In this document: piece by piece, positions 28,873 to 40,358 of the stretch
Position numbering within the stretch: position 1 is the stretch's first letter
Layout: each line of letters starts with the position of its first letter
Source: Nannocystis bainbridge
Lineage (GTDB): Bacteria; Myxococcota_A; Polyangia; Nannocystales; Nannocystaceae
Length of the DNA stretch: 64,000 bases
NCBI RefSeq assembly: GCF_028368995.1
Contig: NZ_JAQNDL010000001.1
Span: 4,320,001-4,384,000 of the forward strand
Reading direction: 5' to 3'
Notes under the pieces: generated by a model
Told to the model about the DNA's origin: nothing
Databases searched by the model: none
What the model saw: only the letters and a program-made list of their open reading frames with translations
Position numbers and translations under genes: made by a program

Positions 28873-29426
28873 GCGCGGGCGTCGTCGTAGTCGTTGCCGC
28901 CGCGGCGCGGCGGATCGCCGTCGCGCGCGGGGAACACGACCACGTGGCGGAAGCGGCCTTCGCCTTCGGACTCGGTGCGCAGGCCGTTGACTTCGACGAG
29001 GGCGAGGTGGACGACGCGGCGTTCCATCGCGCTCATCGGGTCGAAGTGATACGGCTTGCCGGTGCTGAGCACCTTCTGACCGATGCCTTGAGCGAGCTCG
29101 CGGAGGCTCTTCTCGCGGCGCATGCGGTAGCCGCCCACGTCGAGGGTGATCCGCATGCGCTCGAAGCCTTCGGCTTGGAGCACGCGGAGCGTCAGGTACT
29201 GCAGCGCGTCGAGGGTCGCGCCGTGGCGGCCGATGAGCAGGCCGCCGTCCTCTTCCGACGTGTTGAGGTCACAGTGGAGACCGTCCTCCTCGACATCGAT
29301 GTCGACCTCGACTTCGACGCCGAGGAGACCGAGGACGGACTCGAGGAAGGAGCGGACGACGGGGACGGCTTTTGCGTAGCGTTCGTCGGCGCTGAGCTGC
29401 GCATCGTTGGCGTTGGCTTCGGGCAT
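28869..29426 (-). CDS. jag: Jag/KhpB RNA-binding protein (KH plus R3H)
   Basis: LIGRHGATLDALQYL, MERRVVH, TESEGEG..RHVVV; ATG at 29426. Confidence 0.92.
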   Translation of the reverse strand: MPEANANDAQLSADERYAKAVPVVRSFLESVLGLLGVEVEVDIDVEEDGLHCDLNTSEEDGGLLIGRHGATLDALQYLTLRVLQAEGFERMRITLDVGGYRMRREKSLRELAQGIGQKVLSTGKPYHFDPMSAMERRVVHLALVEVNGLRTESEGEGRFRHVVVFPARDGDPPRRGGNDYDDARA

Positions 29427-29440
29427 GCTGGGATCGCCTC

Positions 29441-31057
29441 CTAGGACTTCTTCACGGCCGCGGTCTGTGTCGGTCGGACCTGGATGAGGGTCTGGATGAG
29501 CGACAGCAACACGTTGGCGAAGATATAAACCCCGAGGCCGGACGGGAGGAAGAGCATCATGACGGTGAAGATGATCGGCATCATCCACGCCATCATTCGC
29601 GCCTGCTCGTTGTCCACGCCGGACGGGGTGGCCTTCATCTGGATGTACATGAGGGCGCCCATCGCCAGCGGCAGGATGTAGTACGGGTCCTGCTGGGTCA
29701 GATCGGGCAGCCACAAGAACGGCACGCGGTACAGCTCGACGGCCGTATTGAGGGTCGCGTAGAGCGCGATCCACACCGGGAGCTGGATAAGCATCGGCAG
29801 GCAGCCGGCCAGCGGATTGACGCCGGCGCGCTGGAACAGCGCCTGCATCTCCTGGGCCTGGCGGACGCGGTCCTCGCCGTACTTCTTCTTGATGTCCTCG
29901 AGCTCCGGCTGGATCTCGCGCATCTTCTTCATCGACCGCATCTGCTTGAACGTCAGCGGCAGGGTGATCAGCTTGACCACGACCGTCAGCAGGATGATCG
30001 CGACGCCCCAGATGCCGGTGAGGTTGTAGAAGGCGCGGAGCAGCCAGATCATCCACTCGCCGAGGATGCGATTGAGGCCGCCGAACCAGCCCCAGTCGAT
30101 CACGTCCTCGAGGTGGGCGCCGGGCACGACGGCGAACTTGTCGAGCCGCTCGAGCTCCTTCGTCCCGAAGTAGACGCCGAACACGTACTGACGCGACTCA
30201 CCGGCCGCGAGCGTCACCGGCTCGACCGACAGCGTCGTCGTCAGCGCCTTGCCGTCGGTGCTCTGACCGACGCGGCACGACTGGACCGCGACCTCCGGGG
30301 TCGGGACGACCGCGGTCGCGAAGTACTTGCTGTCGAGCGCCGCCCAGCGGATGCGACCGCGGACCTCGCCCGAGCTGTCCTTCACGTCGCTGGGCGTGTA
30401 GGCCTCCCAGTCGTCGGCCGTCGCGCACACGCCACGATGGACGTCGTAGCTGTTCTCCGCGCCGATGCCGAACGCGTTCTGCAGCGTCAGTCGGTGCTGC
30501 TGCGGCTCGGCCGAGCGGTTGGCGACGTCGACCGTCAGCCGGCCCTCGTAGCCGCTCGTCAGCTGCAGCGTGCTCTTGACCTCGACGTCGGCGTTCTTGA
30601 ACGCGACGGACCAGTCGGTGTCGCTCTGGCCGGTCGGCTCCCACGCCGGGTCGCGCGGGAACTTGAAGTCGGTCTCCGAGCCGTCGAAGCCGATCACCAG
30701 GCTGCGCGTCCCGTCGAGCTTCAGGAAGTCTTCGCCCTTGCCGTCCGGGTTGATGAAGTGCTTGCTGAGCAGCTCCGTGCCGCGGATGAGGCCGCGGTGG
30801 TTGGTCACGTCGAGCGCCAGCAGCTCCGACTTGAGGCGGTGCTCGGCGACGGGGACCTTGGGGGCCGCAGCGGCGGCCGTGCGCTCCTCAGCCCGCTCTT
30901 CGGCGGCCTTGGCGTCGGCTTCCTTCCGGGCGCTCTCCACTTGCTGCTGCTGCTGCACCGAGGGCTCGGGCAGCGGCGGCGCGAAGAAGCGCTCGTAGAC
31001 CAGCCAGATTACGACGCACGAGACGATCGCCAACAGGGTACGACGCTGTAAATCCAC
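29441..31057 (-). CDS. yidC: Membrane protein insertase YidC
   Basis: DWGWF, WGVAIILLT, SMKKM, NPLAGCLP, WLPDL, DPYYILP, LPSGLGVY. Confidence 0.97.
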   Translation of the reverse strand: MDLQRRTLLAIVSCVVIWLVYERFFAPPLPEPSVQQQQQVESARKEADAKAAEERAEERTAAAAAPKVPVAEHRLKSELLALDVTNHRGLIRGTELLSKHFINPDGKGEDFLKLDGTRSLVIGFDGSETDFKFPRDPAWEPTGQSDTDWSVAFKNADVEVKSTLQLTSGYEGRLTVDVANRSAEPQQHRLTLQNAFGIGAENSYDVHRGVCATADDWEAYTPSDVKDSSGEVRGRIRWAALDSKYFATAVVPTPEVAVQSCRVGQSTDGKALTTTLSVEPVTLAAGESRQYVFGVYFGTKELERLDKFAVVPGAHLEDVIDWGWFGGLNRILGEWMIWLLRAFYNLTGIWGVAIILLTVVVKLITLPLTFKQMRSMKKMREIQPELEDIKKKYGEDRVRQAQEMQALFQRAGVNPLAGCLPMLIQLPVWIALYATLNTAVELYRVPFLWLPDLTQQDPYYILPLAMGALMYIQMKATPSGVDNEQARMMAWMMPIIFTVMMLFLPSGLGVYIFANVLLSLIQTLIQVRPTQTAAVKKS

Positions 31058-31060
31058 GGC

Positions 31061-31297
31061 TCAGCAGCTTTCGGGTGGTAGGGCCGCCGGCGGAAGATCG
31101 ACGCCGCCGGGATGCCACGGGTGACAGCGGAGCAGCCGCCGCGCGGTCAACCAGCTGCCGCGTAGCACTCCGTGATCGGCGATGCACGCGCAGGCGTAGC
31201 GCGAACAGCTCGGCGTGAAACGGCAGCACGGCCCGAGCAGCGGCGAGATTGCCACCTGGTAGCCGCGGATCAACGCGATGATGATGCGCCCTAGCAC
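31061..31297 (-). CDS. yidD: Membrane protein insertion efficiency factor YidD
   Basis: [29 protein letters not shown]. Confidence 0.95.
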   Translation of the reverse strand: MLGRIIIALIRGYQVAISPLLGPCCRFTPSCSRYACACIADHGVLRGSWLTARRLLRCHPWHPGGVDLPPAALPPESC

Positions 31298-31719
31298 GCA
31301 GACGACCCTGGCAGAGGTCCAGGCCCGGGGGGCCGTGGAGAGATTCTCCGAGACATGGCGTCCATCGCCGCCACGACTTCAGCATAGCGCACGGTCGACG
31401 CGCTCTGTTTGGCGACCCAGACCATATCGCACGGCAATGCGAACTGGCTGCGTTTCCGCCGGAAAGCCTCGCGTACGAGGCGCTTTATGCGATTTCGCAC
31501 GACGGCCGGGCCGACCTTTCGCGTGACCGTGATGCCGAGGCGAACCATCGCAGCGAGCTCTTCGACGCCATTCTGCTGTTCGCTCGCCGGAATCTGACCG
31601 GGCGGCGCCACGAACACCAGGAAATGTCGCGTGTGGTGCTTTCCGCCGCCGTTCTGGACCCGCAAGAAGTCCCTGCGCTTCCGCAAGCGGAAGATCGCAG
31701 GGAACCCTTCAGGCTTCAT
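31291..31719 (-). CDS. rnpA: Ribonuclease P protein component
   Basis: [33 protein letters not shown]. Confidence 0.95.
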   Translation of the reverse strand: MKPEGFPAIFRLRKRRDFLRVQNGGGKHHTRHFLVFVAPPGQIPASEQQNGVEELAAMVRLGITVTRKVGPAVVRNRIKRLVREAFRRKRSQFALPCDMVWVAKQSASTVRYAEVVAAMDAMSRRISPRPPGPGPLPGSSAC

Positions 31720-31743
31720 TTGACGGTCCAGAACCAGCGCGGC

Positions 31744-31896
31744 TCACTTGCCGCTGAGCTGGACGGCGAGGCGCTTGCGGCCGCGGCGGCGACGAGCCGC
31801 GATGACCTGACGACCGCCGCGGGTGGACATACGGGCGCGGAAGCCGTGCGTACGGGCGCGGCTGACGTTGTGGGGCTGGTAGGTGCGCTTCGACAT
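31744..31896 (-). CDS. rpmH: 50S ribosomal protein L34
   Basis: Not in ORF track. Manual translation [50 protein letters not shown]. Confidence 0.97.
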   Translation of the reverse strand: MSKRTYQPHNVSRARTHGFRARMSTRGGRQVIAARRRRGRKRLAVQLSGK

Positions 31897-32676
31897 CGGG
31901 ACGTTCCCTGGGTGATTCGGCGGCTGCGTCGACGCGGAGGCGGAAATTGCCCCGGACGAGCGCCTGTGAACAAGGGGCCGGATCGATACCAGCGGACCTC
32001 CCTCCTGTCAAACGCCCGCCTGGCCGGCGGCCCGTCCGCAGCCCTGCGATCCCTCTCATGTCGCCGCGGTCCATCGCAAGTCGCTCCCGCGGCCGGCGCT
32101 TTTGCCTCTTCAGTAGTGCATCTCACCAGATGGGCGTAGAACAGCGGCCCACGCCTCATCTGTTCAGTCCCCACACGGCGCCCGCGCTAGCTCCGCGACC
32201 GCTCCGGCAGCGAGACGCGACTTTCAGTGCGGCCCTCTCGTCGGCTCCACAAGCCAACTTCCGCGCCCGGCTGCACGCAAAGCCGCTTGCCTGGAGAGCC
32301 GCTTTACCACCCTCCCCCACAGCACCGGATTACGCTCCGCCAAGGGTGCGTGCCAGGGTCGACCTGGCTCCCGCGGCAGATCGATACCGCGCTGTTACCG
32401 CGCGGCGCGCGCCTCCCTTCCCGAACGATCTTGGCCACTTACACTTTCCGGCCCCTCCACCCTTGCCCCTCGCTCCGAGCCCCGAGTAAAAGAGCCCTCC
32501 CGCGTCGCCCGGCGCCGCGGCGGAACCTCAGCGACCGGAGCGACGGCGATAACGCCGGACAGTTGCTCCACGGTCACCCCCCAGACCGGACAGTCAGCCC
32601 CTTGTCTCCGGCCCGGTAGGCCGAAATTCGGCCCCCGGGCCCTGAATTTTTCTCGCCGCCCCCGCGCGGCCCTTAA

Positions 32677-32775
32677 AAATTCACAGATGTGGAGAATCGC
32701 CGAACTCATTCGGCGATCTATCCGAGACTATTGGGCTTTTCACGCAATCCACAGGTCTTTTCAACCTGTGGACGG
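32677..32775. promoter_or_regulatory. DnaA-box-like sites upstream of dnaA
   Basis: AAATTCACA 32677, TGTGGAGAA 32688, CAATCCACA 32745, TGTGGACGG 32767 in a relatively AT-rich stretch. Confidence 0.65.
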
Positions 32776-32782
32776 AGGCTTC

Positions 32783-34168
32783 ATGACCAATATCTGGAGC
32801 GAGGCGATTCAAGGACTGCAGCCGCGGCTCGGCGCACAGACCTACGACCTCTGGATCCGGCCGCTCGAATTGCGCCAGGTTCAAGGACAGCGCCTTCTTC
32901 TCACGGCTCCCAACCGGTTCATGAAGGAGTGGTTCGAGAACCACTACCGCGACGTCGTCCTCGCCGAGCTTCGCGCGCGCACAGCGCAGGATTACCACAT
33001 CGAGATCGATGTCTCGGCCACCGCCGAGGCCGCCCCCAACGCCGCTGCTGCCGGGCCCCAGGCGAGCCCGGAACCGCCGCCTCCGCCCCTGCCGCCCCTG
33101 CCCGCGCTGCCCCCGATCGGGTTGTCGAGTCGCTACCGCTTCTCCAACTTCATCAAGGGCAGCTCCAACGAGCTCGCCGCCTCCGCCGCCTGGTCGGCCG
33201 CGCAGGACCCCGGCGCCCGCTTCAACCCCTTCTTCATCTACGGCGGCGTCGGCCTCGGCAAGACCCACTTGCTGCACGCGATCGGCCACCACATCCACGT
33301 CCACCGGCCGCACCTCCGCATCGTCTATCAGAGCGCCGAGCGGTTCATGAACGAGTTCATCTCGGCCGTGCGCTTCAATCAGTTCGACCAGTTCCGGGCC
33401 CGCTACCGCGAGCAGTGCGATGTCCTGCTGATCGACGACATCCAATTCATCGCCGGCCGCGACCGCACGATGGACGAGTTCTTCCACGTCTTCAACGCCC
33501 TCTACGAGGCCGAGAAGCAGATCGTCGTCACCGCCGATCGCATGCCCTCCGAGATGCAGGGCATGGAAGACCGCCTGATCTCCCGCCTCAACTGGGGCCT
33601 CGTCGCCGACATCAAGGCCCCCGACCTCGAGACCCGCGTCGCCATCCTCAAGCAGAAGGCCGACGTCGATCGCATCGACCTGCCCGACGACGTCGCGCTC
33701 CACCTCGCCACCCACGTCCGCAGCAACGTGCGCGAGCTCGAGGGCTCGCTCGTCCGCGTCTCCACCTTCGCCGCGCTCAAGAACCAGCCGCTGAGCCGCG
33801 AGTTCGTGAGCGAGGCCCTCGGCATCTCGAGCGCTCCCGCGCAGCCGGCGCCCATCAGCATCGAGAACGTCCAGAAGGTCGTCGCCAGCCATTTCTCCGT
33901 CCGCATCGCCGACCTCAAGGGCCCCCGTCGGCACCAGGGCATCTCCCGCCCGCGGATGATCGCGATGTACCTCAGCCGGCAGCTCACCGGCGCCAGCTTC
34001 CCCGAGATCGGCCTGCGCTTCGGTGGCAAGGACCACTCGACCGTCATCAACGCCTGCAAGCGCATCGAGAGCATCCAGAGCGAGGACAGCGAGCTCCGCG
34101 AGACGGTCGCCGCCCTGCGTCAGCTCCTCGCCCACGAGCCGGTCCACGCCGCTCCGCTGCCGTCCTGA
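32783..34168 (+). CDS. dnaA: Chromosomal replication initiator DnaA
   Basis: GGAGG then ATG 32783; FNPFFIYGGVGLGKTHL, LLIDDIQF, SNVRELEG, GGKDHSTV. Confidence 0.98.
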   Translation: MTNIWSEAIQGLQPRLGAQTYDLWIRPLELRQVQGQRLLLTAPNRFMKEWFENHYRDVVLAELRARTAQDYHIEIDVSATAEAAPNAAAAGPQASPEPPPPPLPPLPALPPIGLSSRYRFSNFIKGSSNELAASAAWSAAQDPGARFNPFFIYGGVGLGKTHLLHAIGHHIHVHRPHLRIVYQSAERFMNEFISAVRFNQFDQFRARYREQCDVLLIDDIQFIAGRDRTMDEFFHVFNALYEAEKQIVVTADRMPSEMQGMEDRLISRLNWGLVADIKAPDLETRVAILKQKADVDRIDLPDDVALHLATHVRSNVRELEGSLVRVSTFAALKNQPLSREFVSEALGISSAPAQPAPISIENVQKVVASHFSVRIADLKGPRRHQGISRPRMIAMYLSRQLTGASFPEIGLRFGGKDHSTVINACKRIESIQSEDSELRETVAALRQLLAHEPVHAAPLPS

Positions 34169-34824
34169 TCGACGCCCCGACGAAGCTGCTGTGCTCCGCT
34201 CCGGCGACGCTTGGCCGTCGACCGGGGCGACGATCATGCTGCTGGCGGCCGCCGTCGTCCGGCGCCCTCACCGTCGAAGTGAGGCGACCAACCTCCGACT
34301 CGAGCGCCCAAGATTTTGGAGCCGCGGGTGAACGGTCTGCGACCTCGACCCTGCGTGATCGATCGGCCCGTGGCTCGGCACGCTCCCACCGGAAGCTGCC
34401 TGCGAGCCTCGCCACGACCTCGTCGCCCCGCCTGGCCGCGCCGACCCGAACGCCAGCACGGCCCGCTTCAGCGCGACCTCCTCGCCGTCACGCCAAGGCC
34501 GCCGGCATCGCCGCCGCCTCGACCTCAGCCGAGCCGCCCCGTGCGGCCCGGCTTTTTTGCTTTCTCGGCCCCGGGTACACTTTCCACAACGACCTGTGGA
34601 GTAGCCTGCGAACTACCTGGGGACTCTTGCCTCGCCCCGGCGTCGGGGGTAACTCTGGCTTCTCTCCCCGCTCTTTCACCCCCGCCGTTTTCCTCGATCC
34701 GCCAATCATCTCGGACCGATCGCCGCCTCTGCCCCCGACTCACAGCGACGATCACGAGGACGAGCTTTTAAAATTGCCCTTTAACCCTTAACAGATCTAC
34801 AGCCCACATCCTCCCGAGGCCTCG
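34169..34824. other. Probable oriC (dnaA-dnaN intergenic region)
   Basis: TTTCCACA near 34581, TGTGGAGTA near 34595, GACTCACAG 34737, trinucleotide run, AT-rich TTTTAAAATT..TTTAACCCTTAA at 34766-34791. Confidence 0.75.
34527..34558 (+). terminator. Rho-independent terminator-like hairpin downstream of dnaA
   Basis: AGCCGAGCCGC-5nt-GCGGCCCGGCT followed by TTTTT. Confidence 0.5.
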
Positions 34825-35928
34825 ATGGAATTCGAGATCGATCAAGCAAGGTTCCTCTCCGCACTCGCGCTCGCGCAGACCGTCGCCGACAAGCGCAGCA
34901 ACAACATGCCGATCCTGGCGAACGTCCTGCTGCGCACGACCAAGGACAACCGCCTCGTCTGCAGCGCGACCGACATGTTGATCTCGATCACCGAGAGCAT
35001 CCCCGTCGAGGTGAAGACCCCGGGAGCGCTCACCCTCGGCGTTCGCTCCCTTCACAGCGTCGTCCGCACCCTGCCGAACAAGCCGATCCGGGTGAAGTCG
35101 GCCGAGAACCACTGGGCCGAGCTGGCGGTCGCGCGCAGCTCTTTCAAGCTCATGGGGCAGGTCCACACCGACTTCCCCGAGCTGCCCGACACCAAGGGTC
35201 AGCGCTTCATCACCATCCCCGGCCACGCCTTCTCGGACCTGATCCAGAAGACCCAGTTCAGCGTGTCAACCGACGAAGCGCGGGTCAACCTCAACGGCGT
35301 CCTCTTCGAGTGTGACGGCGTCACCGGCACCATGGTGTCGACCGACGGCCACCGCCTCACCAAGTACAGCCTCCCGCTCGCCGGCCCCAAGCTCGAGCGC
35401 GGCATCATCATCCCGCGCAAGGGCATGATGGAGATCAAGCGCGTCCTCGACCGCGTCCAGGGCGAGGTCGGCCTCGCCGTCGACGGCCAGCACATCTTCG
35501 TCCAGGCCGCCGACCTCACCCTCTCGGTCAAGCTCAACAACGTCGTCTTCCCGCCCTACGAGAAGGTCATCCCGGGCGAGCACAAGCGGCGCGTCACGGC
35601 GGCCCGTGACGAGCTCACCGACGCCCTCAAGCGGGCCGAGGTCATGGCCCCCGAAAAGACCGCCACCGTGCGCGTCCAGCTCGACAAGGGCACCTTGCAC
35701 CTCACCGCCGACAACCCCGACCTCGGCGTCGCCCATCAGGAGCTCGAGATCGACTTCGAGGGCGAGCCGCTGGTCGCCGGGTTCAACGCTCGCTACTTGA
35801 TTGAGGTCCTCGAGGCCATCGACGCCAAGGAGGTCCACCTCGACTTCCAGGGCGAGCTCGACCCCTGCGTCGTCCGTCCGGTCGGCGACGTCGACCTCCT
35901 AGGCGTCGTCATGCCGATGCGCATCTGA
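34825..35928 (+). CDS. dnaN: DNA polymerase III beta sliding clamp
   Basis: MPILANVLL, ATD, STDGHRL, IIPRK, GFNARYL, VVMPMRI. Confidence 0.97.
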   Translation: MEFEIDQARFLSALALAQTVADKRSNNMPILANVLLRTTKDNRLVCSATDMLISITESIPVEVKTPGALTLGVRSLHSVVRTLPNKPIRVKSAENHWAELAVARSSFKLMGQVHTDFPELPDTKGQRFITIPGHAFSDLIQKTQFSVSTDEARVNLNGVLFECDGVTGTMVSTDGHRLTKYSLPLAGPKLERGIIIPRKGMMEIKRVLDRVQGEVGLAVDGQHIFVQAADLTLSVKLNNVVFPPYEKVIPGEHKRRVTAARDELTDALKRAEVMAPEKTATVRVQLDKGTLHLTADNPDLGVAHQELEIDFEGEPLVAGFNARYLIEVLEAIDAKEVHLDFQGELDPCVVRPVGDVDLLGVVMPMRI

Positions 35929-35956
35929 CCTTCGGGACAGGTCTCGGTACCCGCGC

Positions 35957-37114
35957 GTGCTGCTGCAACACCTGAGTCTCCGCGAGTTCCGCAACTTCGC
36001 CGCGGGCGACCTCGACTTCGGCGCCCGCTTCACCGTCCTGCACGGCCCCAACGGGGTCGGCAAGACCAACATCCTCGAGGCGCTCTACCTGGTCGCCACC
36101 TTGCGCTCGTTTCGCTCGGCCGACCTCGGCCCGCTCGTGCGCCACGGCGCCGCCGAGGCCCGGGTCGAGGTCAGCGGCCACGACCGCCAGCTCGACCTCG
36201 GCACCCGCCTCGCCGTCCACCTCGCCCGCACCGCCCGCCAGACGCGCCGACTCGCCATCGCCGACGGCAAGACCGTGCGCTCCGGCCCCGACTTCTACGG
36301 CCGCCTGCGCGCCATTCTCTTCACCCCCGAGGACCTCGGCGTCCTGCGCGGTTCACCGACCGGGCGGCGCCAATTTCTCGATCGGGCTCTGTTCGCGCGC
36401 GATCGCGCCCACATCGCCGACATCGCCGACTACGACAAGCTCCTGCGCTCGCGGAACCGCGTCCTGCGGGGCGAGGACGCCGGCATCGCCCGCGGGCAGC
36501 AGGACGGCCTCCTCGACGCCTACGACGCCGGCCTGGCCGCCGCAGGGGCCCGCATATGGGTCCGCCGCGAGCGGCTGCTCACCGACCTGCGCGGCGCCTT
36601 TGCCGAGGCCTTCGCCCAGATCCACGGCCGCCACCTCGGCGTCACCCTGGAGTACCTCAGCAAGCTCGCCGGTGAGCCCGGGGTGGCTGCGGCCGACCCG
36701 CAGGCGCGCCTCGCCGACGCCTTGCGCGGCGCGCGGCGGCACGACCTCGTGCGTGGCACCACCACCGTCGGCCCGCACCGCGACGACTTCGAGGTGCGGC
36801 TCGACGGCCAGGACGCGGGCGCCTTCGCCTCGCAGGGTCAGGCTCGCGCGCTCATCCTCGCCTTCAAGATCGCCGAGCTGCAGGACGCCCGCGCCCGCGC
36901 TGGAGAGGCTCCTGTCCTGCTGCTCGACGACGTCTCGAGCGAACTCGACCCACAGCGCTCCGCCCAGCTGTTCGAGGCGCTTTTGCGCGAGGCTGGCCAG
37001 TGTGTCCTCACGACCACTGCCCCGCACTTCATCGGCCTGCCGGCGGGCGCCGATTGCCGCTACATCGAAGTCGACAAGGGTCACATCAAACTCGGCGGCG
37101 ACAGCGGCCCGTAA
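35957..37114 (+). CDS. recF: DNA replication/repair protein RecF
   Basis: FRN, GPNGVGKTNILEA, RRQFLD, GPHRDD, ASQGQ, LLLDDVSSELD. Confidence 0.97.
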   Translation: MLLQHLSLREFRNFAAGDLDFGARFTVLHGPNGVGKTNILEALYLVATLRSFRSADLGPLVRHGAAEARVEVSGHDRQLDLGTRLAVHLARTARQTRRLAIADGKTVRSGPDFYGRLRAILFTPEDLGVLRGSPTGRRQFLDRALFARDRAHIADIADYDKLLRSRNRVLRGEDAGIARGQQDGLLDAYDAGLAAAGARIWVRRERLLTDLRGAFAEAFAQIHGRHLGVTLEYLSKLAGEPGVAAADPQARLADALRGARRHDLVRGTTTVGPHRDDFEVRLDGQDAGAFASQGQARALILAFKIAELQDARARAGEAPVLLLDDVSSELDPQRSAQLFEALLREAGQCVLTTTAPHFIGLPAGADCRYIEVDKGHIKLGGDSGP

Positions 37115-37175
37115 CCGGCTCAAAACCCGGAAAAACGCCCGTTTGGGCGTGGCACGCGCGACCTTCGGGTGGTAG

Positions 37176-39704
<2,529 letters not shown>

Positions 39705-39707
39705 GGT

Positions 39708-39825
39708 CGCCCTCTCGGGCATGTCCGAAAGGACATGCCCGAAAGAGCGAAAGACAAAGGACATGCCCGAAAGGACATGTCCTTTCGTCGTCATGGACGC
39801 CGACGATCGGCTGTCCCGAAGGCCA
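39708..39825. repeat. Phased 14-bp palindrome array after gyrB
   Basis: TGTCCGAAAGGACA|TGCCCGAAAGAGCG|AAAGACAAAGGACA|TGCCCGAAAGGACA|TGTCCTTTCG.., plus TGTCCCGAAGGCCA at 39812. Confidence 0.85.
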
Positions 39826-39831
39826 GCCGGA

Positions 39832-40308
39832 TCAGCCCGGCGCCTTCTCCCACGCCACCTTGTCCCCGCAGTGGAGCATCATCATCCCGTGGTACGGGTT
39901 GACGATCTCGCCCGTCTTCTGGACCCAGTAGGCGCCCTTGTTGTTGAAGGCCATCGGACAGAAGACGACCTCGTAGCCGGCGCGCTGGTCGCTGTGCTGC
40001 TTGAGGTACGCGATGAGGCCCATGCTCATCTTCTCGAAGCCCGCGCGGGCGGTGTCGATGTCCTTCGCGGCGACGCGGCCTGCGCCGGCGACGACCTCGG
40101 GGATGCCCGCCTCTTTTTGCAGCGGCTCCGCGGTGACCACCACCTGCGCCGAAAGCTCGGGCAGCTGGTCGAGGCGGTCGTTCGCCAGCGTCTCCTGGAT
40201 CGCCACGTAGGGCTCCACGATCGTCGTCGGCGCCGCCGGGGCGGGCTTGCCGGCCTCGCTGCTACAGGCCACGGCGGCAGTGAACAGGAGCAGGATGCGC
40301 CTCGGCAC
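39832..40308 (-). CDS. DUF3347-like putative metal-binding lipoprotein
   Basis: Lipobox AVAC; FCPMAFNNKGAYW..IVNPYHGMMMLHCG typical of DUF3347/CusB-associated domains. Confidence 0.78.
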   Translation of the reverse strand: MPRRILLLFTAAVACSSEAGKPAPAAPTTIVEPYVAIQETLANDRLDQLPELSAQVVVTAEPLQKEAGIPEVVAGAGRVAAKDIDTARAGFEKMSMGLIAYLKQHSDQRAGYEVVFCPMAFNNKGAYWVQKTGEIVNPYHGMMMLHCGDKVAWEKAPG

Positions 40309-40358
40309 GTTACCGGCGTACCACATGCGTGGACCTTGCGGTAGAGTCCGGCCGGCTC

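Noticed and set aside
31897-32676. tRNA, riboswitch or small gene in the long rpmH-dnaA spacer
   Set aside because: No recognisable cloverleaf, riboswitch consensus or coding bias
39722-39790. Junction decamers (GGACATGTCC, GGACATGCCC) match the eukaryotic p53 half-site RRRCWWGYYY
   Set aside because: Coincidental product of abutting TGTC-N6-GACA units; isolated sites show the 14-mer is the unit
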